Positions 37,001-49,000 of a DNA stretch of 64,000 bases are shown piece by piece. A program made the translations under genes and the position numbers. Each line of letters starts with the position of its first letter. Positions within the stretch are counted from its first letter, which is position 1. The DNA lies in assembly GCF_006345805.1 (NCBI RefSeq), contig NC_042999.1, positions 115,382,001 to 115,446,000 on the forward strand, read 5' to 3'. The stretch comes from Octopus sinensis (Eukaryota). The notes beneath the pieces were generated by a model. That model was not told the origin of the DNA, ran no database searches, and saw nothing but the letters and a program-made list of their open reading frames with translations.

Positions 37001-40000
37001 CTCCATCCATGTCAAACTGTTTAACCCATGCCAGCATGGAAAATGGACATTAAACAATGATGGTGATGAAGAATTAACTCTTGAATCACAAGAGAAGCAT
37101 GGAATTAGAGGATTGAAAATAAATGAGATCATAACTAAGAGTTTTGTTGGTGATATCTAACAGCAATAAATTGTTCTGTTTAGCATATGGGGCAAAAGAA
37201 AATGGTTAATCTTCACTTGTACCTGGTTGGAAAGAAGTATGTAAAACCAATGCATTTTAAGCAATAAATGTCTTGCAAACAACTTGCACATGCAAGTGCT
37301 ACCAGTCAAAAGCTCCATATACCGGAAGCCAGCAAGTGTATGGGGTCATCAGGAGAGAATGCGCGTCGTTTCGGAGCCTACCTCTCGACGGCATCAATGT
37401 GCACAGGCCCTGCTTGCTAGATCAGCTGGTTATCAAGTTAAGCTCAATATCCTTCTAGCCATCGCTCATCGTCTCTTTTTAACCAAATCCAGTGGCTAGC
37501 CTTCTCCACTGTAGATTGGATATCAGTCATGGTGGTATTGACTTTATGATGAGTTAGGCCTAGCAATAACAACAGTCGTCTCACACTGTGTCCAATGAAC
37601 CCTCTACATCCGACTTCAATTGGAAAATGTTCCGCTTTCCAGCCTGCGTCTTCACATTCCTTGAGGAGGTTTACATAACGGTTCAATTTTCGAACCTGAG
37701 CGGCGTCCATATTATCTTCATGAGGAACCGTTAACTTGACTATATTTACAACTTTCTTTCTTTCACACCACATCAAAATATCTAAACTAAAATAACTAAA
37801 CCAGACAAAATTTTACTCAGTGGTAGACTGGCATTTTAAATAATGTTCTTTTCCCCATGCTTGCCAGTTATGAAACATTCTTTGATATATCTACTTGTTG
37901 TGTAATGTTCTTTTTGGTCCTGTTCTTTTTCATAGCAAAATTTATTGAAAGAATGAAGTCTTTAGCCAACAACGATAGAATTGACAGAATCTTCACTGAT
38001 GATCTAAAGACCATGGCTTACATTGCTGCACACAAAGAAGAAATTGAGCTTGTTCAAAATATGCTTATAAAGTAAGACCTTATGTTTTCAAGATGTTGGT
38101 AATTCTGTCAGAAATTGCAATGTTACTTGTCAAATAATACACATTATTTAATTGATTGTTTTTTTAGTTAATTTGTGGTCTCTATAAATATGTTACTTTT
38201 TGTAGCTAATATATTATATATTATCAGTATTTTAACATCTGTTTTTGTATAGGAGTAAGGATTGGCTGAGTCTACAATACTACAAATCTCTTCATCACAT
38301 AATTTGAGCCAAAAGAGGAGCTTCTTACATGTTTGCTCTTCTTACTGGGAATAGCAGTTAGGCTTCCATCAGATCACCCTATGCCATTGATGTTTTTTGG
38401 GTTATTTTATCTACAGATCATCACTCAGATCTAACTTCACTAATTATTCTACCATCTTCTTGTGCCCACCATTACCATGGGAACTTCCCATGATAAACAC
38501 TAGTCACTTTTCAACCATCACACTGTGTTCATTTGTATTAAGTGACCACACCAGCACAGCATCCCCTCTCAGTGTCCTTTGATATATTGTTGCTTTCCCA
38601 TATCACTTTCATTTGACTTAGAAATTAAATTTGCACATCAAATAGAACTTTTATATTCAACTCGATCTAGTTTAGCTGTAGATCTTCTACACTCATTGTT
38701 CTTGTTTTACTATCACATACCTCATTTTTGCTATAAATTTTATGTTTGCACCAGTTAACAGTTTTCTGGTCTTGTGCTTGAGAAGACCTGACAAACCAAG
38801 TGAGACCATGGCTCATGGCCTATGCCAGTGGGTGTAACCAGCCCACTTATGAATACCCCTCATTCATTGGACAATAAACTTTGCTTGCGAAGACCTATTG
38901 AGGCAAGTGAAATTAAAGTCAAAATCACTGACGTGGCTCATGACAGTACCACCTGATTGGCACTCATGCCAGTGGGACGTTAAAAGCACATCTGAGCATG
39001 ATTCTTGTCAGGACCATGGATTGGCTCCTGTGCTGGTGGCAATGAAAAGCACCATTCGAGTGTGATTGTTGCCAGCGTCACTTTACTGGCACATGTGCTG
39101 GTGGCACGTGAAAAACAACATTCGAACGTGGTCGTTGCCAGTGCCACCGGACTGGCTCCCCTGCAGGTAGCACATAAAAACACCTTTTGAGCATGGTCGT
39201 TGCCAGAACCGTCTGACTGGCCCCCGTGCCAGTGTCATGTAAAAGCACCCACTACACTCTCGGAGTGGTTGGCATTAGGAAAGCCATCCAGCTGTAGAAA
39301 CTTTGCCAGATCAGATTGAGCCTGGTGCAGCCTCTGGCTCACCAGACCTTAGTCAAACCGTCCAACCCATGTCAGCATGGAAAGTGGACGCCAAACAACA
39401 ATGATGATGATGATGACTTTTTAATGATTTGATCTGAAGGAAAGCATTGTCTCCATACCCTTTGCAGGCTCTTCAAGACTAGTGAACTTTGTATAGTTAA
39501 TGTTTCTTGAACTGCTGCAAGTTGATGGTTGCAGGATATATATGAACAGGAAAGGGAATTTTAGGGAGTTGAAGTTCTGGAGAACAAGGACTGGTTAAGT
39601 TGGTTAGTGAGGGTTCTGGTGAGTAGAGTAGATATAAATTGGGGATGAGAGAGGAGTATGCTAGGGATACATGAATGAAAATGGCATGAGACCAATCAAT
39701 CAGTTCCAAATGGCAGAGACTTCTGTAGTATCAGAAAAAAAAGGCAAAGTGAGGAAGCAGCATTTTTGTAGGCCATAAATTGGAATATGTTGATGAACAA
39801 TTTTACACCAGTTAATGAGGCGGTCGTTTTTTGAGAAAGATATGCAGTCCAGGACGTCGGTATGTGAAGGAGCAGCACCATCCGAGATTTGGAAGCTGTA
39901 TTCCTTTGTGGGGTTCACTTAAACTTTGTAAAGAACAAGTAGTGACCCTATGTCTTAATCTGCTCTGAATTAAGAGTTCATAACTTCATATCATAACTTA

Positions 40001-43000
40001 ACACTTTTCCAATAATATTTATTAATTCTCCCATGTTAGCAGGAATTAGATGGCTTTGATATATTACATTGGGTTCACATTTCATAGTTAATTTATACAA
40101 AAATTGTAGCTGACTAATTTTGGCCTTCATGAAAACACATTTGTAAAAGGTTGAATCAAAAGTTAAATATATTCCTCTTACAATTCTTTATATTGAATGC
40201 AAAGTATTTTGCTTACCTAGGGGGTATGTTATTATTTTTCTTAAATATTTTCTGACTAATTATTCATTTATAGTTTCAACATTTAGGACATGGGACTTAG
40301 ATCTAAACATCTTTTTATCTTATATTTTTTACTAGTTGTAGCCATGCTGGGGCACTTCCTTGAAGGGTTTAGTTGAACAAATTGACCCTAGTTTTATTTT
40401 TTTAAGTCTGGTACTTATTTTATCAGTCTCTTGCTGAACAGCTAAGTTACGGGTATGTAAATAAACCAACACCTGTTGTCAAGCAGTGGAATAGGACAAA
40501 CCCACACACACTCACAACAGTCATCCACACTGTTTCCATTTATAAAATTCACTCACAAGGCATTAGTTGGCCCCGGGCTAGAATAAAAGATGCTCGTCCA
40601 AGATGCTGTACAGTGGAACTGAGCCCAAAACCTTGTGACTGCAAAGCAAGCTTCTTAACCACATGACTGTTCCTGCACTTGTCTATTTACATTATCCATT
40701 TACATTACATAATACAGCTTGTGTACAACTATACGTATAGTTTTATATAAATTTGCTGCTAGTCCACTTTTGAAAATGGGACTGTTCATTTTGGGAATAT
40801 TACATGCATCACCAAAACAAATGTAGCACTTTTATTTCAACTTGTCAGTTGTCTAAAACAGCAACATTGTTACATTTGTTTTAGACATTTTTGTTTCACA
40901 AGTACCTATTACATAACTCTTGCAATTTAAAAAAAAAATTTATTTTTGAGTACTTTCATAAATTTTCAGTTTTTGACATTTTTCTCTTTCAAAATATTGA
41001 GATTTTGGAGGTTTTCAGTTTCAGAATTTCTCATATAGAATTATCATCTGCCCTACTTCCTTTTCTCTTACTGTAACCCTTATCTCCTAGCATAAAGCTG
41101 ACCTTGGTGCAGATTTCGTAGCCCATGCTAGCTACATGGCAACCTCACTAGTGATTGTGGCACATAAAAAGATACCCAGTACATGCTGTAAAGCAGTTGG
41201 TGTTAGTAAGGTTATCTAGCCATAGAAACCATGGGAAGCAGACATTGGAGCATGATGAGGTCCTTGAACCCATCATATCCTGTCAAACCATCCAACCCAT
41301 GCCAGCATGGAATATGGATGTTAAATGACGTGAGGATGAGAGCTTAAAATAGTGAAATAAATAATAAATTTCATTTTGTGAGAAAGCAGAGAAGTCTAAC
41401 ATTTGGAGCAGATCCCCATATTGAAGATAGATGAAATGTCAACAAATTACTTGTTATAGTTTCCATGTTTTCCTTTTATTTTATCTTAAATTTGATCTAT
41501 CTCATTAACAGGTATCACCAGCAAGACAATTCACAGCAGTTCAATACATATTCTTTTGGCCCTGTTGTTCTTAGGTTGTTGTATATAATGAAAGATGTAG
41601 ATACGGCCTTAAAGCTCTTTGAAAGTGAGGTAAGTTTTCCTTTGTTAATATTTATAGAAAATTTTGATATATCATTCACTCTTACCATTAAATTTACATA
41701 CAGCATTTGGGGAAGTTGTCAATGTCACAGTTTCCTGTTTTTGATGATGGTGACATGTAAAAAAGCACCCAGTACCTTCTGTAAAGTGGTTGGTTTTAGG
41801 AAGGGCATCCAGCCATAGAAACCAAACTCAAACAGACTATGGAACCTGGTGCGGCCCCTGGTCATTCCAGTTCCTGTCAAGTCATTCAGCCCATGCTGAA
41901 AATGGATGTTAAATGTTGATGATTGATGGTGAAAGAATAGTGTGGCTTTTGTGCCAGAACTGAAATATGAAATCAATATTTTGACCAGTTGACCTTCTTA
42001 ACTTTACACACACCTCAGTCTGTTGTGAAAAACTCATTTTTGCATACCATTGCCTTAGTCAACATAACTGAAAATAGGTACCTCCAAATGTCTGATATAT
42101 TATTTAATTTCTGTTATGCATTTGTGGAGGAGCAAAGCTCTGAACTGAGACTCTGTTTATAACTGGGGGGTGGGTGGGTTAGTACTGTTAGTGGGGAATC
42201 CATATTTCTATAATTTATTGATAGATAATTAGAGTTGCTGAGAGGTGCAGCTCTCTGTGCATTGTGTAGGTATCAGTGGGAGCAACACATAATGATGTGG
42301 GTTTGGGTTGGCTCCCACTGTGTGGTACTTTAGGCAAGCATCTTTTGCCATAGTTTTGTGTCACAGTGAACTTTATGAATAAAACTGGGTAGACAGAGAA
42401 GTGTGAAAGCCTGTGGAATGGAAAGTATCTGTTCTTCAGTGATAAACTTAATCCATAGTCTTGTTTAACAGCACCATCTATTCCTTGGCTATCTTTAGCT
42501 GAGTCTACATTCAGCGTTCAAATTGTTCTACTTCCTCCAAAACCTTTGAGTTATGGTTTTTTCTTTTCTCTCTCCCATAATTCTTGGAAGTCTTAAGTAC
42601 TGCTCCTCCTCCGAGTAAAACATGCAAAGGTGAATCCAGATGATTCAGAAAGAATACAGCTTGCTGTCTAGTTTCAAAAACCAACAACAAAAAATTATAT
42701 CAACATCAAAAAGAAAGTGTAAAATAAAATCCAGTTTACAACTGGAACTGATGTTTCTTAATTCTTTCTTTTTTAGGAAACCAGGCCTTTGTTTTCACAA
42801 GTGACAAGTTACATCATTCTCATGGATATGTTGTATGAAAGTAAACAATATGATGATACACTGAAGGTATTTCAGATAGTGACTGAAAATGAAACTAATA
42901 TTAAATATCCAAATGACTGCACTACAATTGCATTTGCCACATATTATGCTTTGGTTAGTATTGGATTCTTCTGTATTGTAATTTTCTCTACTAAACTATC

Positions 43001-46000
43001 TTTTGTCCTTTATTAGGAACATTGCATTGCCTCATTGAGTACAGTAGCACATTTATTTGTTAATCTTCCTCTACATGTTATTCTGAACTCTACTTGGTAA
43101 CTGTTTGGTGATATTGCTTTATAGTTTCCATGGCTAGTTTTGATTACTGTATTATGATAGTTACATGGATACAGTTGTGTATAACTCTTCGTTCATTATA
43201 GTTCAAACTGCTACTTGTTGCATTTCAACCTGAAAGGAAAAAACCCTCTGATTTGTAATATACAGTGTAGTTTTGGTTAGTAAAGCTGTTACTTCCTCTT
43301 TTGAGATAAATATAGAAACTTGGAGATCCATGCAACATATATTGGCAATTAGGTACCAAATTTCTCCAACATTTGGTACCTGTTCTCTGTTTATGAAAGT
43401 GCCATAATTGTTAATATTGTGTAAGTTAGCAGAGCATTTGTTTAAGACTATAAAAGCATCGGAAATTGTAGATATCTTAGAAACAGCTGGAAAATATTAA
43501 ATGTATTGACAGGTAAATTTCACCACTAGAAAATACTATATCCAACTATCCAGCTTGTTTATCAAAGTGCCATTGGTAGGAGACAAGTACCTTATGAACT
43601 AAGCCATCAGCTTGGTTTCATTTCCAGAGTAGAATTAAAACACTTTTTCATTTCACATGGCTTTTGTAAAGGTTTGAATATTACAGATCTTGTTTATGCT
43701 AAGCAGGCAATAGAAAACCACTCTGCTGTACTCTATCCCATATTTATTATAATATTGTCTGAAAATATACTATTTAAAAAATGGTATTATTCACAATCTC
43801 TTTCATTAATATTTATTTTGCTTCATGCTATTGGTAAATAAACATGTATTGCAACAGAGTTGTTACATCTAGATATTTTTGTTTTGATTTTGTTTTAGAA
43901 TACTGCAGAAGCTTTACAGAACTGTCAGGAATTATTAAAAGCCTGTTTAAATTTAAAACTTCAAGTTTCCAATCGTGCCCTTGTTTTTGCTGCTATGTTA
44001 GCATTGAAACAGGTAATTTTTCTTAATTTACTCAAATTTTTCTAGAATATACATCTCTTTATTGAAGCTATTTTAGATAGCTTTGTTATGATCACCAGTA
44101 TAAACTCAATAATGCATGACTACCATCATAATCATCATTTAATATCTATTCCCTAGTGGCATGAGTTGGACAGTTGAGACAGGATCTGATGGGTTCAAGG
44201 ACCACATTGTGTTTTGTTAGATTCAGTAAAGAAAGGTGTATTCTTTTAGTAGTGTCCTTATTAGGTTAGATTGATATAGTGAAGTGTATTGATTTCATCT
44301 CATCTGTTTGAATTAGTGGTTCTGTATAAGGACATAAGAAGTAAAGAAAAGTAAACTTCGTTGAAACAAAAGGGTTGTAGTAATTGTAAAAAGAAGCAAA
44401 AGAAAGTTATGGTTGTGATAATGGGGTTTGTTTGTTAAGAATCTATCAAATGGACAAACTTATGTTGTTGTGGAACCCCAAGTAAACGTTTTCTGATCAA
44501 ACGTATTCCAATTATCACTGGACCATATTTTTTTTCAGGCATTGTATATCTAGGATTATATTACACAATGTATCCTTCCTTTTCTTAAGGTAGTAGAGTG
44601 TGACTTGAAGGATAGCTATGGCTGATCATATAGTGGCTCCCTCCTCAGTAATTAGAACTAATGTACTAATTCAGATGTAGAGAGTAATGCTGACATATAT
44701 TATTCTCAAAAAGAGTTCAATATTCAGGGCTGAAATGCTTTTTTAACCCACACTGCCAGATATTTTAAATAGGAGTCACCACTGAGATGCTTAAAATATC
44801 TGGCAGTGTGTGTTATCGTCTAGTCCCCCATATTGTAAATCAGGTGGTACACAAAGGAGTCATATCAAATGACTGGTGTAGCAGCACCAAAGTCAAAGGT
44901 AAAGGTGATGCCTTAGATAGAAAATAATAGAGGTATCAAATTGTTGGATCAGATAATGAAAGTTGCAGAGAGGGTCATAGCCCAACTAATGAGGGAGATA
45001 GTTAATCTAGATGAGATGCAGTTTGGTTTTTTGCCAGGGAGAAGCATCACTGATGTTATATTTCTGGTAAGTCAGCTGCAGGAGAGATACATAGCCAAAG
45101 ATAAACCTCTGTACTTGACTTTTGTTAACTTAGAGAAAGCCTTTGACAGGGTCCCCTCATCCCTTACCTGGTGGTCGATGTGGAAATTAGGGATAGACGA
45201 GTGGTTGGTGAGAGCTGTACCAGCCATGTACAGGGATACTATCACTAAGGTGAGGATTGGTAATGAGTACACCGAAAAATTCAGGATACAAGTAGGAGTT
45301 CATCAAGGATTAGTCCTCAACCCCCTCTTGTCCATCATAGTGCTCCAGGCAATAACAGAGGAATTCAAGACAGGCTACCCCTGGGAGCACCTCTATGCTG
45401 ATGACCTTGTTCCTATAGCTGAGTCATTGCCAGAACTAGAAGAGTTTCAGGTATGGTAGCAAAGCCTAGAACCAAAGGGCTTCAGAGTTAACCTAGCAAA
45501 AGCCAAAGTCTCAATAAGTCAGAAGGTAGACATATCACAAATCCCTTCAGGTAGATGACTCTGCTGGATCTGTAGGTAAGACGCAGGTAGGAACTCCATT
45601 AGATGTACCCAGTGTAAGCTATGGACCCATAAGAGGAGCAGCAATATCAGAGGAAGGTTAACTGGGAAAATAGCTTTTGTGTATGGAAGATGCACAGGTA
45701 CAATAAACACTGTAAATGTACAGAAAATAGACTTCATCAACTACCAGTGGAGTAAACTAAAGGTAGTAGATAACTTCTGTTATCTAGGTAACTAAGTTAT
45801 TAGTGGAGGTGGATGCTCCAAGAGTGTAGCTGTGAGAATAAGAATAGGCAGGACAAAATTCAGAGAGCTCCTAACTCTGCTGGCAACAAAGGGCCTCTCC
45901 CTCAGAGTGAAAGGCAGATTGCATGATGCCTGTGTGCGAACAGCCATGCTACATGACAGTGAAACATTGGCTGTGACAGCTGAAAATGTGTGTAGGCTTG

Positions 46001-49000
46001 AAAGAAATTAAACCAGTATGCTTTGCTGGATGTGCAATGTCAGTGTGCACATGCAACAGAGTGTAAGCATCTTGAGAGAAAAGTTGGGCATAAGAAGCAT
46101 CACATGTGGCGTGCAAGAGAGACAATTGTGCTGGTATGGACATGTGATGCATATGGACGAGGACAGCTGTGTAAAGAAATGCCAAACTCTAACTGGGAGG
46201 AACCTGTGGTAGAGGTATACCCAGGAAGACATGGGACAAGGTGGTGAAGCATGATCTTTGAACTTTGGGCCTCACAGAGGCAATGACTAGTGATCGAGAC
46301 CTTTGGCGATATGCTGTGCTTGAGAAGACTTGTCAAGCCAAGTGAAATCATAGTCTTGGCTGATGCTGGTGTCATGTAACTGGCACCTGTGCTAGTGGCA
46401 CATAAAAAGCACCTTTGAGTATTGGGCTTCATGGAGGCAATGACGAATGACTGAGACCTTTGACATTATGCTGTCCTTGAGAAGACCCATCAAGCCAAGT
46501 ATCACAGAAATGGCAACTGTGCTGGTGGCACGTAAAAGTACCCATTACACTCTCAGAATGGTTGGCATTAGGAAGGGCATCTGCCTGTAGAAATCATGCC
46601 AAATCAAACTGAAGTCTGGTGCAGCCTTCTAGCTTGGCAGCATGGACAACAAACGTTAGATGATGATGATGATATTTTGCTGCATTGCAAAAGCAAGCAT
46701 GCATAAAGCTTGGTGTGTTAGTTAAGTGTTTTTGTTAAATAATTTTGGCTGGCTCTGCCCAGACTGACCTATAATAAGGTGTTCAGCTAAATCAGGTATT
46801 TAAGAATGGCCCATATGTACTTGAATATGTTTAACTCCAGTCTGTCTTGGAATCTTGCAGTCAAATGTGTAGAGTGCATTGTGAAAGTCAGAACATGTCA
46901 GTTATTTGTGTGTGTGTGAAGACTATTGGTCACATATGGTCACATAGACATGGCAAAAATTAACATAATTGGAATATACTGAATAGTTAGTTCTTTAGGA
47001 TTCGTTTCAAGTTGATTTGTTAAGCAAATCAATTTCAAATGATGGTTATGTTTTCAATGTTCTGTATTATAGAATGTTATTAGGGTGTTGCAACCTTATT
47101 TCAGAGTATGTAGAGGGTTCTCTATGAAGCCTCTACAGGGTTCCATATGGTTCTTTGAAATGGAAGATCTTTAAATTTGTTGTGTGCTTTTAAGCTTGTG
47201 AATGATTGATTGATTGCATTTTTAGGAGAGTTGAGTGAAAGGGTACTTTCATGAGTTAAAAAATGTATAATCAGAATCCATAGATATATGTTGAGGGATA
47301 TCATTAATATAGAGGAATATGAAAATGATAAATCTTCAGAGAGATAGCTGAAATGACATGGAAAATATTCTATCACTTGAGAACTCAGTAAAGAAACTGT
47401 TCACCCAAGCAATAAAGATTGAGGTGAAAGAAAAGCTGGCTATAAAAAGAATTGGATGTAGTGTGTAAGAGAGAAGACTGTAGTGGTATTTATTATATTT
47501 GTAATAAATGTTGTTTTCTTTTCCATCTCTGCAGGAACAACCCGCCATTGCATTGGAGATGATATCATTAAGAGATGATTCTTTTCAGTTTGTTCTGAAA
47601 AATCTCAAGGTTACTCTTTTCTTATTATTGTGCAAATTGTTCAACCAAATATTTTTACTGTTAAATATTTTTACTGTTAAATATTTTTTACTGTTAAATA
47701 TTTTTTACTGTTAAATATTTTTACTGTTAAATATTTTTACTGTTAAACTTCTAATGGACAATTGTTTTTCTATAAGACAACTGTTCATTACTTACAAGCA
47801 GAAAATGTGCAATTGGTGGTGTTTCTTAAATCATATATAACCTGATATTTTCCCCTTTTGTGTGTATTTCCAAAATATACTTTTTTCTTTTTCTATTACA
47901 TAATACAACATTGTTAAACTTGTATACATTTTCCTAATCATTATCATCATGTTTTCTGTTTCAATGAGTCTAGTATGTAAAATGGAATTTGGTTAAAAAT
48001 TTTGACCTTGGATTTTTCAAGTGAGATACCAGTTTGTGTGTAAGTGACTGAGTATTCCACAGGCTCATGCCCTATTAATGTAATTTTCATGTAGTATCAA
48101 TATTACTCATTGTGATAAGGCCGGACCTTCAAATTACAGGTACAGCCCGTAAGACATACTGTTTCTACTTACCCAATAATGAAAAAAATGATAAAAAATT
48201 TATATTGAATTGATTGATATTGAATATATATTTAGATTAATGAACCAGAAAAATAGAAAACCAAGAAAATTAGTTAAAAATTATACTGAATTATTTCTTT
48301 TGAATCTCTTGCAGGCTTTATGTTATGCTAAACTTAATCGAATTGAAGATACTCTTCCAATTCTGCGAAGCATTCTTCAGTGTGATTCTCCTTACAGAAA
48401 CCGTCAACTGAAAGTATTTCCTGAAGTGGTAAGTTGATATGTATGATCACTGTCATCATTGTTGTTGTATCCGTTTTGCCATGCTGGTATGAGTTAGATA
48501 AAACTTAGTGGCAGATTTTCTACAGCCTGATTATTTTCTTGTTACCAACTGTTTCCCATGTAAAGAATTTTCATTCCATTAGTTATCATACATCAAAAAT
48601 AACAGAGCCACTGAATGTATGGGGTCTTGTACTTAAAGGGGAATGTAAACAAAGACACTGTTTTTGTTTAGGCTGTGTTAATGAGGACACATGGAGACAA
48701 TATTCACACACCCATCCATGCTAGCATGGAAGGTGGACATTAAACAATGATGATGATAACACAGAGGCCCACATACATAGATACAATGGGCTTCTCAGTT
48801 TCCACCAACCAATTTCACTTACAAGGTTTCGGTTCTCTTGAGAGTATTACAGAAGACATTTGTGGGACTGAACCTGTAGTTAAGTGGTTGCAAAGTGAAC
48901 TTTGTAGCTATATGTGACTGTGGCCATGCTGGAGCACCACCTTTAGTTGAGCAAATCGACCCCAGGACTTATTCTTTGTAAGTCTAGTACTTAATCTATC

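Noticed and set aside
13905-37375. GAAAC...CTGATGA in the 3' UTR of the HERO copies (minus strand; ~37345-37375, with GAAAC decayed to CAAAAC at ~13918-13950) as a permuted type II hammerhead
   Set aside because: Only ~16 nt separate the two half-cores, too few for stems III and I, and no stem II pairing is visible.
38982-39249. 65-bp periodic array as a CRISPR-like locus
   Set aside because: Eukaryotic context, no unique spacers, and the units are diverged whole repeats inside a LINE 3' UTR.
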